Virus record (IMG/VR): IMGVR_UViG_3300017917_003859
Coordinates: 91,028 to 155,027 of that record
Origin: a virus
Reading direction: 5' to 3' (one strand)
Length of the DNA stretch: 64,000 nucleotides
Under the pieces are notes generated by a model. That model saw only the letters and a program-made list of their open reading frames with translations. It was not told where the DNA came from and made no database searches. Below are positions 1 to 12,862 of this stretch, one piece after another; the stretch's first letter is position 1, and each line of letters begins with the position of its first letter. The position numbers and the translations under genes were made by a program.

Positions 1-51
1 GTGCTGGATATGAAAAAGAACAAATAAATAAATTTATAAACACAAAATAAT

Positions 52-555
52 ATGGAAAACAAATACATACCTTTTATCTCTGAGGTAGAAGAATTTAATG
101 AAACAATGGGTAAAGGATGGCAAAATCGTACTACACCAACAATTAATAAAGTAGATGCTGATTTTGTAATTAATTTTATTCAAGAAGAACTTGATGAATT
201 AAAAGAAGCAGTTGAAGAAAATGATATTGTAGGAGTATTTGATGCTATTTTAGATATTACTTATGTAGGATTAGGAAATGGGGCTTTAGTATTTGGATTA
301 AAAGATAAAATATTAGATGGATATGCTGAAGTACAAGCATCTAATATGTCTAAACTTTGCAAATCAGAAGAAGAAGCACGTTTAACAGTTATTAAGCGCT
401 CTGAAGAACAAGGTCGCCCGTGTCATTATGTAAAAGTAGGAGACAATTGGATTGTATATAGAGATGATAAAAAAATTATGAAAAGTTTAAACTATTTTCC
501 TCCAAACCTAAACCAATTTTTTACAGAGGATGAAATAAATTCATGTAAAAAATAG
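52..555 (+). CDS. MazG-like / all-alpha NTP pyrophosphohydrolase
   Basis: EELDEL...DAILDITYV acidic helices and the SNMSK motif typical of phage NTP-PPases. Confidence 0.8.
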   Translation: MENKYIPFISEVEEFNETMGKGWQNRTTPTINKVDADFVINFIQEELDELKEAVEENDIVGVFDAILDITYVGLGNGALVFGLKDKILDGYAEVQASNMSKLCKSEEEARLTVIKRSEEQGRPCHYVKVGDNWIVYRDDKKIMKSLNYFPPNLNQFFTEDEINSCKK

Positions 556-597
556 ATCTCTTATATATTTATTATCGATAACTAGATAGTAAAATAT

Positions 598-1320
598 ATG
601 ACAAAAATTTATTTAATTGAAAACTGTTTTGGAGATCCAAACAAAGTATATATTGGGAAAACCATTAATAGTAGATATAATCCTCACAAATATATATTTG
701 GAGAAAATATCAAATATACTATTATAGATGAAATTAATTCTTTAGATAAAAAAGATTGGAAACCTTTAGAGTGTTATTGGATTGAACAATTTAAACAGTG
801 GAATTTTAATGTTTTAAATAAAAATAAAGGAGGAAGTGGTCCTTCTTATTTAGATGAAGAACAAAGAAAAAATTTAAGAGTTCCTAAAAAGAATAAAGAA
901 AAATATTCATATCCTAAAACTCAATGTTTTATAAATTCTGTAAAGGGAAAACACAAAATTCACCCTGAAAGTAGAAATAGGAATATAAGTCAATCTTTAA
1001 AAGGATATAAACAAACAGAAGAACATATTGAAAAAAGAATTAAAAAATTAAAAAATAAACCCAATATAAAAAATCGAAAACCAAAACCAGAAGGATTTGG
1101 AAAAATTATTAGTGAAAAGTTGAAAGGAAAAAAACATGATTTTACATCAAAACCTATTATTCAATATGATTTGAATAAAAATCTTATACAAGAATTTCCT
1201 TCCATTACTAATGCATGTGATGTTATATTTAATGATAGATCTAAAAATCCAAATATAACTAAATGTTGTCAAGGAAAAATAAAAACTGCTTATGGATTTA
1301 TTTGGAAATATAAAAATTAA
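598..1320 (+). mobile_element. Free-standing GIY-YIG-type homing endonuclease with NUMOD3/NUMOD1-like DNA-binding repeats
   Basis: KIY...VYIGKT, E..WI, LNKNKGG; ISQSLKG/ISEKLKG repeats; C-terminal KPIIQYD..EFPSI..CC.GK.KTAYGFIWKY. Confidence 0.8.
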
Positions 1321-1355
1321 TTTATATTTTTATTAAAAATTTAAAACTAAAACAC

Positions 1356-3104
1356 TTGTATCAGTCAATTTACTACGATCACCAATCATATACTTATTAT
1401 CTCCGTGATGATGATATGGGTTGGTCTGAATTTAAATATCAACCAACATATTGGAAACGAGTAGATGAATGGCAAGAAAATGCTCAACCTGTACTGACCG
1501 GAGGATGGGCAGTACCAACTAAAAAATATAATAAAGATGATTCTAATTTATTAGAAAAAGATATTGATAAATGTCTTGTTGTATTACGAGAATTATATTA
1601 CAAATTAGATGATGTTGTGCCTAAATGGCATAACATTGTTTATTTAGATATTGAAATCGAAATGGGAGGTGCTTTAACACCTGAATACATCAAAGCTGCA
1701 CCTATGCCTCTTACATCCATTGCTTTAATTGACATTACCACTAAACAAAAAATATGTTTAATTGTTGATAAAACAGGTGAAATTAAAGAAACAAATCAAG
1801 ATAGCAAACATATTATACCTTGTGGTTCAGAAAAAGAATTAATTAAACGCTTTCTAGATAAATGGGAAGAATTAGACCCAACAATCATCTGTGGATATAA
1901 CTCAGAATATTTTGATGTACCTTACTTGTATTTTAGAATTAAACAAGTACTAGGTGAGGATGAAGTATTGCGTTTATCTCCCATTAAAAAAATTAATTAT
2001 AGAGAATTTGCTGGTCAAATGCAACTTACTATAGGAGGTGTTAACCATTTAGATTATATGCTTTTACATAAAAAGTATATTATGAAAGAAGAACCCTCAT
2101 ATAAATTAGGAGATATAGGAACTAAATATGTTAATTTAGGTAAAATAGAGTATGAAGGTAATTTAAATACTTTATTTAAAAACGATATAAATAAATTTAT
2201 AGATTATAACTTACGAGATGTTGAAATTATAGAAGCATTAGAAGGTAAATTAAAATTTATCGACTTAACAATCATGATTTCTCATATTTGTAATATACCT
2301 TACGAAAGTATTTACTACAATACAGTAATGAATGAAGGTGCTATTTTAAAGTATTTAAGACGTGAAGGCATCATTTCACCAAACAAACCAACTACTCATA
2401 ATCCATCACTTAAAAACATTAAGGAAAGTTATGCTGGTGGTTATTTATTGGAACCTATTCCTGGATTATATTTTGATGTTATTGATTTAGACTTTACTTC
2501 ACTATATCCTTCAATTATTAAATCACTTAATTTAGGTATTGAAACATTAGTAGGTAGAATTAAAGTACCTTACAATGCTACTTACGAGCAAAATCATAGT
2601 TTAGAAAAACTTAAAGAACGCAATCCTGAAGAAGAAATAACTATTGAAAAATTAGACAAAACAAATTATACACTTAAATCAGCTAAAATTAAATTAAAAA
2701 CATTAATTGATATAATTGAAAAAAACAATTACACAATATCTGCTTCAGGTGCTATGTTTGATACTAACGAAAAAAGTATTGTATCTAAAATATTAGCAGG
2801 GTGGTTTGACAAACGAGAGCATTATTGTGGTTTAAAGAAAAAAGCAGGTAAAGCAGAGGATTGGGCCAATTATAAATTATATGATTTGTTTCAACATGCT
2901 TTTAAAATCTTACAAAACGCAATGTATGGCACATTTGCTATTAATGGATGGAGATACACTGATGGTCATTTGATTTGTAGTGCTGCTATTACAAATAGTG
3001 GACAAAGATTAACTATGTCTACTATAGATTTTGTAAATGATAAAATAAACAATGAATATTTACAATTAAGTAAAGATAAGTTAATTACTAAATTTGGTTT
3101 ATGA
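1356..3104 (+). CDS. polB: Family B DNA polymerase, N-terminal part (3'-5' exonuclease plus motifs A and B); TTG start
   Basis: ExoI DIEIE, ExoII YNSEYFD, ExoIII YNLRD, motif A DLDFTSLYPS, motif B KILQNAMYG; motif C absent. Confidence 0.93.
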   Translation: MYQSIYYDHQSYTYYLRDDDMGWSEFKYQPTYWKRVDEWQENAQPVLTGGWAVPTKKYNKDDSNLLEKDIDKCLVVLRELYYKLDDVVPKWHNIVYLDIEIEMGGALTPEYIKAAPMPLTSIALIDITTKQKICLIVDKTGEIKETNQDSKHIIPCGSEKELIKRFLDKWEELDPTIICGYNSEYFDVPYLYFRIKQVLGEDEVLRLSPIKKINYREFAGQMQLTIGGVNHLDYMLLHKKYIMKEEPSYKLGDIGTKYVNLGKIEYEGNLNTLFKNDINKFIDYNLRDVEIIEALEGKLKFIDLTIMISHICNIPYESIYYNTVMNEGAILKYLRREGIISPNKPTTHNPSLKNIKESYAGGYLLEPIPGLYFDVIDLDFTSLYPSIIKSLNLGIETLVGRIKVPYNATYEQNHSLEKLKERNPEEEITIEKLDKTNYTLKSAKIKLKTLIDIIEKNNYTISASGAMFDTNEKSIVSKILAGWFDKREHYCGLKKKAGKAEDWANYKLYDLFQHAFKILQNAMYGTFAINGWRYTDGHLICSAAITNSGQRLTMSTIDFVNDKINNEYLQLSKDKLITKFGL

Positions 3105-3126
3105 TATTTATAACAAATACTGGATT

Positions 3127-3768
3127 ATGAAAAAATCACAACTTAGGCAAATAATTAAAGAAGAAATATTTAAAATATTAAATGAGAATATTTCTAAAAT
3201 CATAGATAATTTTGAACAAGGACTAATGGTTTATATTATGGATGCATATCAACGATTAGACAATGATGAAGCTGAGTTATTAGAACTAAATGAATTATAT
3301 GATTCTATAAATTGGTTTCTTAAAAATACCCCAGAAAAAGAGTTTATAGAATATGAAAAAGAAAATATGGAATTTTTTATAAATAATAGATCTCAAATTG
3401 AACATTATTTAATAGATAATATAAATGAACCTATTAAAGTTCAATGGCCCGGATTACCAGATGTATTTTATTATACTCCATTAGTAAAAAAGAATCAAAT
3501 CTGGATTAAATTAGGGACTACCCCTAATTCAAAATTAGACCCCAAATATGATTACTACAACCCCAGTGAAGATTTAGAGTTCCCTATACGAATTAAAAAT
3601 AAAGATGATTTTGAAAAATATTCTAAAGAATTAGAGGTAAAAGGGTATTATTGGTATGGAGGAAAACCCCCATCATCGTTTAACCCTGCAGAACAAACAA
3701 ACGGAATAGAATATCCTTTTAAATTATTAAGAATAGATAAAAATTCAAAACAGTTAGGATATAATTAA
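3127..3768 (+). CDS. Hypothetical protein with MKKSQLRQIIKEEI..LNE leader, inserted between the two polB halves
   Basis: Start reassigned to ATG 3127, downstream of ATATTTATA (3104-3112); leader shared with other ORFs. Confidence 0.75.
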   Translation: MKKSQLRQIIKEEIFKILNENISKIIDNFEQGLMVYIMDAYQRLDNDEAELLELNELYDSINWFLKNTPEKEFIEYEKENMEFFINNRSQIEHYLIDNINEPIKVQWPGLPDVFYYTPLVKKNQIWIKLGTTPNSKLDPKYDYYNPSEDLEFPIRIKNKDDFEKYSKELEVKGYYWYGGKPPSSFNPAEQTNGIEYPFKLLRIDKNSKQLGYN

Positions 3769-3792
3769 ACTAAAATCATTTTAATAAAAGTT

Positions 3793-4674
3793 ATGCAAAA
3801 TATTATTATAAGCGACACAGATAGTTTATACATCTGTTTAGGCCCTATCTTAGAACATATGCGCTCTCAAGGTATCGAAATCAACGACACTAACAAAAAT
3901 GAGATCATATTAAAATTAGCAAACCAAATACAAGAAGAATCAAACGCTAATTTAGATTCAATTAGTAAAAATTTATACAACATCACCCCAGGCTCTCACT
4001 ATTTCCAATTAAAACAAGAAGTAATATGTGCTGGTGTACTTACAACAGGTAAACGTCGTTATGCAATGTATGTTACTAATAAAGAAGGTGTACCTGTTGA
4101 GGAATTAGACATGAAAGGACTTGAATTAATGAAGTCCAACATGAATAAATTATTTAAAAAGTTTGGTGAAGACTTAATTAAGAATGTATTGTTTGGTAAA
4201 CCCAAAAATAAAATAGATAATTCAATAATTGAATTTTACAAATCACTTAAAACATTAGATCCAAGATCACTTGGTAAACCTACAGGAGTAAAACAAATAG
4301 AAGCATATTATGTTCCTGCTCGTGCTGGAGAAATGTTTAGTTCGTTTAAATTAAAAGCCCCAGCTAATACAAAAGCTGCTGTACGATATAATGATTTGCT
4401 TAAATTTAAAAAATTAGATAAAAAATATGAATCTATTATTGAAGGTGATAAAATATTTATTATTAATTTGAAGAAAAACCCATATAATTTAGAAACAATT
4501 GGTTTACCAAATGCTCAAGTACCTAAAGAAATAGAGGAATTTGTTAAAGCATATATTGATATTGAAGAAATATTTGAATCATTGTTAGCAAATAAATTGA
4601 AGAATTTATATGATGATTTAAAATGGGAGTTTCCTCCTCTTAATTCAAATGTTGGAAAATTCTTTGCCTTTTAA
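3793..4674 (+). CDS. polB: Family B DNA polymerase, C-terminal part (motif C palm plus thumb)
   Basis: SDTDS motif C at the N-terminus, KRRYA, KGLE; own AATAAAAGTT-ATG leader; ends KFFAF (clamp-binding-like). Confidence 0.92.
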   Translation: MQNIIISDTDSLYICLGPILEHMRSQGIEINDTNKNEIILKLANQIQEESNANLDSISKNLYNITPGSHYFQLKQEVICAGVLTTGKRRYAMYVTNKEGVPVEELDMKGLELMKSNMNKLFKKFGEDLIKNVLFGKPKNKIDNSIIEFYKSLKTLDPRSLGKPTGVKQIEAYYVPARAGEMFSSFKLKAPANTKAAVRYNDLLKFKKLDKKYESIIEGDKIFIINLKKNPYNLETIGLPNAQVPKEIEEFVKAYIDIEEIFESLLANKLKNLYDDLKWEFPPLNSNVGKFFAF

Positions 4675-4702
4675 ATTAAATTATTTATATTAAATAAAAG
4701 TT

Positions 4703-5443
4703 ATGATACAAAAATTCGAATTACAAGCAATTATCAACAAATATTACCTAAATGGTTTAGTTGAATCTACTAAATGGGATGTTAAAGATAATAAATTAAA
4801 TATTAAATTTACTTCACCTACTAGAGAAATGGTTGGTGAATTAATATGTGATAAATTTCCATTAGAGAATTCAACATTTGGTATTATAAATACTTCTCAA
4901 CTACTTAAATTAATTAATATTACATCAGGAGATGTATTGTTAAGTTTTGTTAAAAATAATAAAATATTTTCAAAATTAGTAATATCTGATAATCAATTCA
5001 CTACTTATTATACTTTAGCAGATATTTTAACTATACCTAAATCAGGAGAATATAATGGGCCTGATGAATTTGATATAGAAGCAATATTGGATAAAGATAT
5101 AATTAATTCTTTAATTAAAGCTAAAAATGCATTACCTGATAATTCTACAATGATTATTAGGCCATCTATGGGATTAGATGGTGATTTTCAATTAGAATTA
5201 ACATTTGGTGGAGATAATGAATATTCAAATAAAGTTTCTTATTTTCTTTCAAATTTTTCCAAACAAATTACCAATTCAACATTTGAACTAGCATTCAACT
5301 CAGATTTATTTAAAGAAATATTATCTGCTAATAAAGACGTAGATGAAGCTAAGTTATTTATTAATTTACAAGGATTAATTAAATTAGAATTTAAATCTAA
5401 AACAACAACAAATAAATATTATTTAGTTCAAAAAGAAATATAA
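4703..5443 (+). CDS. DNA sliding clamp (gp45/PCNA-like)
   Basis: 246 aa with a two-domain beta/alpha pattern, next to polB and in the same module as the clamp loader. Confidence 0.7.
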   Translation: MIQKFELQAIINKYYLNGLVESTKWDVKDNKLNIKFTSPTREMVGELICDKFPLENSTFGIINTSQLLKLINITSGDVLLSFVKNNKIFSKLVISDNQFTTYYTLADILTIPKSGEYNGPDEFDIEAILDKDIINSLIKAKNALPDNSTMIIRPSMGLDGDFQLELTFGGDNEYSNKVSYFLSNFSKQITNSTFELAFNSDLFKEILSANKDVDEAKLFINLQGLIKLEFKSKTTTNKYYLVQKEI

Positions 5444-5646
5444 TGTTAAATATAGTTAATCAATATATTGAATATCAAGGCTGTTTACATAAAATTTTAC
5501 GAACAGTTAAAGAAAGCAGTAAACCAATCATAGATGATTGGAAAGAACATTTAAATGCTGATTTAGTATTAAAAAATGAAGGAATATTTTATTTTGTTCA
5601 AAAAATGGGAGAAGCTGAAATTATTGAAGAAGATAATAAAGCTTGA
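5443..5646 (+). CDS. Hypothetical protein
   Basis: ORF coupled to the clamp gene. Confidence 0.6.
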   Translation: MLNIVNQYIEYQGCLHKILRTVKESSKPIIDDWKEHLNADLVLKNEGIFYFVQKMGEAEIIEEDNKA

Positions 5647-5704
5647 TAAGTAAATTAAAATTTATTATATTTATTAAAGTAAAACAGTTATAAAAATAAA
5701 ATTT

Positions 5705-5998
5705 ATGTCAAAATTAGAAGCAGTTTTTAATTCAATTATCGTTAAACCTCAAGAAGAGGAAGAAACAACCTACGGCTCAATTGTAGTTCCAGATTTAGGC
5801 AAAGAAAAAGGACTACGTGGAACTATTATTTCAATAGGCCCTGGTTACTACTCAGCCACAGGAACATTTGTTAATACTACTTTGGAAGAAGGACAGAAAG
5901 TAATTCTACCTCCAATAGGACCAGTTAAAATTGAACATGATGGTCAAGAATATTGGTCATGTCAAGAAAATCAAGTACTTGCAATCATTAATGATTAA
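5705..5998 (+). CDS. groES: Co-chaperonin GroES
   Basis: 97 aa; IIVKP, mobile loop TTYGSIVVP, IGPG, VLAII. Confidence 0.9.
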   Translation: MSKLEAVFNSIIVKPQEEEETTYGSIVVPDLGKEKGLRGTIISIGPGYYSATGTFVNTTLEEGQKVILPPIGPVKIEHDGQEYWSCQENQVLAIIND

Positions 5999-6008
5999 TT
6001 AAAAATCG

Positions 6009-8426
<2,418 letters not shown>

Positions 8427-8427
<1 letters not shown>

Positions 8428-8675
8428 TGGAAATTAAAGAAAACTACATACTAATTGCCACCAGGCGTGCGCCTGGTGATAATTGGGTTTTAGTAGATGA
8501 TGATAAACAAATTATTCATAAATCATTGACTGAAACATTAGAGGCTTATTTTCAAAAAACTCAAGCAAGATGTGATTTTAAACTTTCACCTTTGAAAGGT
8601 GAGTTATATATAATTACTACTGAAGAGGTAGCATCTCCTCCACCTAAGAAATTTAATTTATATGGGGATTACTAA
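8427..8675 (+). CDS. Hypothetical protein
   Basis: ORF coupled to groEL. Confidence 0.65.
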
Positions 8676-8697
8676 TATTTATAGTAAATATTAACTC

Positions 8698-9135
8698 ATG
8701 AAAAAATCTGAATTACGCCAAATCATTAAAGAAGAAATACATAAAGTATTAAATGAAATAACATATATTGGACCTGATGGAGAATTGATGGGAGATTTTA
8801 CTTTAAATCAACTCCAATTAACCCCAGAAGTAAAAAAATATATAGATAAAATAGTAGAAGATGCTAAAAATGATGGTGAATTTGAAAATTTAATTTCATT
8901 TGGCTATTTTGATACTGAATTACCTATTCATCTTCTTCAAAAATTTAATGGGGATATTATAGAAAAATTATTAGATGTCTCTCCTGAAGATTTAGAATAC
9001 TTAGAATCAGCTATAGAAGATTTAGAGGATCCTGAAGATTTAGAAGATTTAGATATTGATGATGATATTAAAGAAAAATTATATACCTCCATTAGCGATA
9101 GAGTAAAAAGTTATATAGAATCTAAAATAGAATAA
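8698..9135 (+). CDS. Acidic protein with MKKSELRQIIKEEI..LNE leader
   Basis: Leader, upstream ATATTTATA (8675-8683), EDLE repeats. Confidence 0.75.
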   Translation: MKKSELRQIIKEEIHKVLNEITYIGPDGELMGDFTLNQLQLTPEVKKYIDKIVEDAKNDGEFENLISFGYFDTELPIHLLQKFNGDIIEKLLDVSPEDLEYLESAIEDLEDPEDLEDLDIDDDIKEKLYTSISDRVKSYIESKIE

Positions 9136-9138
9136 GTT

Positions 9139-9498
9139 ATGAAACTAGAATTAGAAAAACTTTACAAAGAATATTGTGAAAGTGAATTAGAATCATTAAA
9201 GGGTGAAGATAAATTTATAGACATGATGTTAATGTTTGTAGAATTTAGATTATATGTAAGTGGTGGTAGTGAATATGGTTGTACGGTAAGTATGACAACT
9301 GTAAATAATTTTTTAGATGAAATATTCTTATATGATAATATGATGGATGATTGGGGTGGGGCATATAGAGGAGAGTGTTGTTGGGAAAAGTATAGTTCTT
9401 TAAAAAGATTAGTGAATGAAAGTGAATTAAAAGAAAATATTAAAATTGAAATATTAGAAGGTTATAAGAAAGAAAATGGAATGGATGAAGAATTCTAG
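9139..9498 (+). CDS. Hypothetical protein
   Basis: ORF only. Confidence 0.6.
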   Translation: MKLELEKLYKEYCESELESLKGEDKFIDMMLMFVEFRLYVSGGSEYGCTVSMTTVNNFLDEIFLYDNMMDDWGGAYRGECCWEKYSSLKRLVNESELKENIKIEILEGYKKENGMDEEF

Positions 9499-9542
9499 AT
9501 TTGGTTTTTTAAAAAAATTTTCATATATTAAAAATAAAAGTT

Positions 9543-10475
9543 ATGTCAAAAAGATTACACACTATTCTGAACGAAAAATATCGTCCTGATACTTTAGAAG
9601 GATATATTTGCAAAGATGAAATTAAAACTAAATTTGAGGAATTTATTAAACAACAAGATATTCCTCATCTTTTATTTGCTGGTAAACCAGGTACTGGCAA
9701 GACCACAATTGCTAAAATATTAACTAAAAATATTGACTGTGATTTTATTTACATTAATGCGACTGATGAACGTTCAATAGAAGTGATGAGAGATAAAGTA
9801 GGAGCATTTGCTGCTGCTGGTTCATTTAAGCCACTTAAAATAGTAATTTTAGATGAAGCAACTCATATACTTCAAGCATCACAAGTAGTTCTATTAAACA
9901 TGATAGAAACGTATAGTTTAACTACTCGTTTCATACTAACTGGTAACTACCCAGAACGACTTATACAACCGCTTAGAAGTAGATTACAAGAATTTGATTT
10001 AGTACCTCCAACTAAAAAAATAGTAGCTCAGCATATTGATGATATTTTAAATAAAGAAGGAATAGAACATACACTTGAAGATATAGCAACTATCATTAAA
10101 AAATCATACCCTGATTTTCGTAAAATACTCAATAATTGTCAGTTAAATACTGTTAATAATAAATTGGTTTTAACTAATTCAAATAATGATGATGATTATA
10201 AAGAAAACATTTTAAATGAACTTAAAACACCATCTACTAAATCATTTAATATTATTAGACAAATTATAGCAAATGCTGATTTAGATAATTTTGATGATTT
10301 ATATAAATTTTTATATGAAAAAATGAATGAATATTCTAAAGGTAATGAAGGTATAATAATTTGTACTTTAGAAGAATATCAATACCACTCAGTACTAGTT
10401 CTTGATAAAGAAATTAATATCATGGCTTGTATATCTAAAATATTAGAAACAATTTTAAATAAACGAATAATATGA
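9543..10475 (+). CDS. Clamp loader AAA+ subunit (RFC/gp44-like)
   Basis: EKYRP, Walker A GKPGTGKT, Walker B ILDEA, LRSR. Confidence 0.92.
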   Translation: MSKRLHTILNEKYRPDTLEGYICKDEIKTKFEEFIKQQDIPHLLFAGKPGTGKTTIAKILTKNIDCDFIYINATDERSIEVMRDKVGAFAAAGSFKPLKIVILDEATHILQASQVVLLNMIETYSLTTRFILTGNYPERLIQPLRSRLQEFDLVPPTKKIVAQHIDDILNKEGIEHTLEDIATIIKKSYPDFRKILNNCQLNTVNNKLVLTNSNNDDDYKENILNELKTPSTKSFNIIRQIIANADLDNFDDLYKFLYEKMNEYSKGNEGIIICTLEEYQYHSVLVLDKEINIMACISKILETILNKRII

Positions 10476-10639
10476 ACAACAACAAACACTTAACAATCGA
10501 AATTATTAGAACATTAGAATCTCTTTTACATAAAGAGTATCACCCAGATAATAGTATTATTACTAATCGTTTAGGATTTACTCCTAAACAAGAAGAAGAA
10601 ATTAGAAATAAAATTTTATCACTAATTAAAACCCTATAA
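10472..10639 (+). CDS. Small hypothetical protein (55 aa, not in the ORF track)
   Basis: MNNNKHLTIEII...LIKTL; fills the gap and overlaps the upstream stop (ATGA). Confidence 0.5.
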   Translation: MNNNKHLTIEIIRTLESLLHKEYHPDNSIITNRLGFTPKQEEEIRNKILSLIKTL

Positions 10640-10644
10640 TATAA

Positions 10645-10890
10645 ATGAAAGAACAAATACAAATGAAAGTAGATATTACTCAATCTACACCAATCAAATC
10701 CACAGACGGAAATCAAATATTTCAAGAAGCAGTAATACTTCGCAAAATCAGTAAATTTATTGCTGGTACAAGTGAAGATGCTGTTGTTCCAATTCCTGTA
10801 TTCATCGATACAAAAACAGGAAAAATATTAATTGAAATGTTACCTAAAGAGCTTCGAGCAGAATATGAAGAGTACAACAAAACAGCCTAA
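10645..10890 (+). CDS. Hypothetical protein
   Basis: ORF within the clamp-loader operon. Confidence 0.65.
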   Translation: MKEQIQMKVDITQSTPIKSTDGNQIFQEAVILRKISKFIAGTSEDAVVPIPVFIDTKTGKILIEMLPKELRAEYEEYNKTA

Positions 10891-11311
10891 ACAATTTTCA
10901 GTATTTGATTTTGTAAAAGCAATTATCGATACTAAACAATCGTGGGAATCATTTACTCCTGAACAGCAAAAACAATTTAATAAATTTATGATTAATAAAA
11001 TATTATCTATGAATCGTAAATATATTGATATTGTTAATTATGTTCAAAAATTAAATATAGAAAATAATAAAAAGGTATATGATGTGTATTGTTGGATGAT
11101 TCCTCAATCAAAAAATACATATTCTCAATTTATTAAATCTGCTTCTAAAAAGTCTACTTCTGATGAATTACTTAATTATATTAAAGAATATTTTGAATGT
11201 TCATTAAAGGAAGCAGAAGAATATATCAAATTAATGGAAAACGAACATGTAATTGATATACTTACTAGTAGAGGAGCAGATGAAAAAGAAATTAAAAAAT
11301 TATTAAAGTAA
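10865..11311 (+). CDS. Probable clamp loader small subunit (gp62-like)
   Basis: FxxFMINKILSM..., IKEYFECS..EA pattern and position; start reassigned. Confidence 0.55.
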   Translation: MKSTTKQPKQFSVFDFVKAIIDTKQSWESFTPEQQKQFNKFMINKILSMNRKYIDIVNYVQKLNIENNKKVYDVYCWMIPQSKNTYSQFIKSASKKSTSDELLNYIKEYFECSLKEAEEYIKLMENEHVIDILTSRGADEKEIKKLLK

Positions 11312-11658
11312 TGGCTGAAAAAGAAATGTCTGTTATTGAACAGTTAGAGAAAGAATACCCTACAATCGCTCAGGGGTATAAACAAATAATAAAAGAACAA
11401 TATACTTTATTTGCAAAAAAGCACCTAGACTATGGAATGTCAAACATTGCAGCTGGTACTCAATTAGCAAATGATGAAGAAAAAGATTTCGCGTTAACTG
11501 GGCTTTGGTATAGACTTTCAGATAAAGTAAACAGATGGAAAAATCTTATTATTACTAAACAAACAAGTAAAAACGAACCATTAACTGATACATATCAAGA
11601 CATTACTAATTATGGTATTATTGCTCAATTAGTAGAGAGAGGATTATGGAAAAAATAA
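11311..11658 (+). CDS. DUF1599-like nucleotide-modification-associated protein
   Basis: KKHLDYG...RLSDK..R..NL...E...DTYQDITNY. Confidence 0.7.
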   Translation: MAEKEMSVIEQLEKEYPTIAQGYKQIIKEQYTLFAKKHLDYGMSNIAAGTQLANDEEKDFALTGLWYRLSDKVNRWKNLIITKQTSKNEPLTDTYQDITNYGIIAQLVERGLWKK

Positions 11659-11659
11659 T

Positions 11660-12613
11660 ATGGCTAAAGATAAAATTCCATCTATAATAAAGAAAATCCA
11701 AAACCATAAACCTAAGGAAATAAACTACTCAATTCATAAAACTATTTCTTATTCTCAAATCTCAATGTATATGCAATGTCCTAAAAAATGGGCGCTGCAA
11801 TATAAAGATGGCCATAAATTATTCACATCTAGTATTAATACAGTATTTGGAACTGCTATTCATGAAACTATACAGCATTATATATCTGAATTGTATAACA
11901 AAAGTGGAGCAGAAGCAGACAGAATTGATTTAGAAGAATATTTCGAAAATAAATTTAGAGAAATATATTTAGAAGAATATAAATCAAACAAAAATACTCA
12001 TTTTAGCAACTCAGAAGAGATGAGAGAATTTTTCGATGATGGGGTTGCAATATTAGATTTTATTAAGAAAAAACGAAGTGAATATTTTGGTAAAAGAGGA
12101 TGGCATTTGGTAGGTATTGAATTACCTATCATTTTATCACCAGATAAACGCTATAACAACATTTTATTCAATGGATATATTGATTTAGTGCTTTACCATG
12201 AACCAACAGAAAAATTCATTATTTACGATATTAAAACAAGTACTCGAGGGTGGGGTGATAGAGAAAAAAAAGATGAATTGAAACAACTCCAAATATTAGT
12301 TTACAAAAATTATTTCAGTGAACAATTTGGAGTACCTAAAGAAAATATAGATGTGGAGTTTTTCATAGTAAAACGTAAAATTTGGGAAGAGAGTGAGTTT
12401 CCTCAAAAAAGAATACAAATTTTTTCTCCGGCTAATGGTAAAACAAAAACCAATAAAGCTGTTACATTAGTAACCCAATTTATAGAAGAAACATTTAATT
12501 TTGATGGAACCTATAAACAAACAGATTACCAAGCTAAACCGGATAAATACAATTGTACATATTGTCCTTTTAAAAATAAAAAAGAACTTTGCAATAAAGC
12601 AATTTTTTCCTAA
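11660..12613 (+). CDS. PD-(D/E)XK nuclease, Cas4/RecB-like, with Fe-S-type Cys set
   Basis: SYSQ..CP, GTAIHE, GYIDL, DIKT, Q..Y, CTYCPF..C. Confidence 0.85.
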   Translation: MAKDKIPSIIKKIQNHKPKEINYSIHKTISYSQISMYMQCPKKWALQYKDGHKLFTSSINTVFGTAIHETIQHYISELYNKSGAEADRIDLEEYFENKFREIYLEEYKSNKNTHFSNSEEMREFFDDGVAILDFIKKKRSEYFGKRGWHLVGIELPIILSPDKRYNNILFNGYIDLVLYHEPTEKFIIYDIKTSTRGWGDREKKDELKQLQILVYKNYFSEQFGVPKENIDVEFFIVKRKIWEESEFPQKRIQIFSPANGKTKTNKAVTLVTQFIEETFNFDGTYKQTDYQAKPDKYNCTYCPFKNKKELCNKAIFS

Positions 12614-12644
12614 TTTTCTATATATTTATATATAAACATACGTT

Positions 12645-12833
12645 ATGGAAAACAATACAACATTAACCTCAGTAAAAGTAGATAAGGATCTATTTGAAAC
12701 ATTCAAAATAGAATGTGTAAAACGAAAATTTTCATTAAATAAACTTGTGAATCGAGCAATAGATTTATATCTTAATGATGAAAATTTTAGAAAACAAGTT
12801 GGTAATCACACTAACATAAAAATCCAAGATTAA
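12645..12833 (+). CDS. Ribbon-helix-helix DNA-binding protein
   Basis: LTSVKV strand followed by two helices (LVNRAIDLY). Confidence 0.6.
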   Translation: MENNTTLTSVKVDKDLFETFKIECVKRKFSLNKLVNRAIDLYLNDENFRKQVGNHTNIKIQD

Positions 12834-12862
12834 TTATTAACAACAAAACAACAATTAGTTTT

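Noticed and set aside
3105-3792. Group I intron or intein in polB
   Set aside because: No intron-like structure, intein ends or homing-nuclease motifs seen, and the downstream half has its own translation leader. Not excluded without RNA data.
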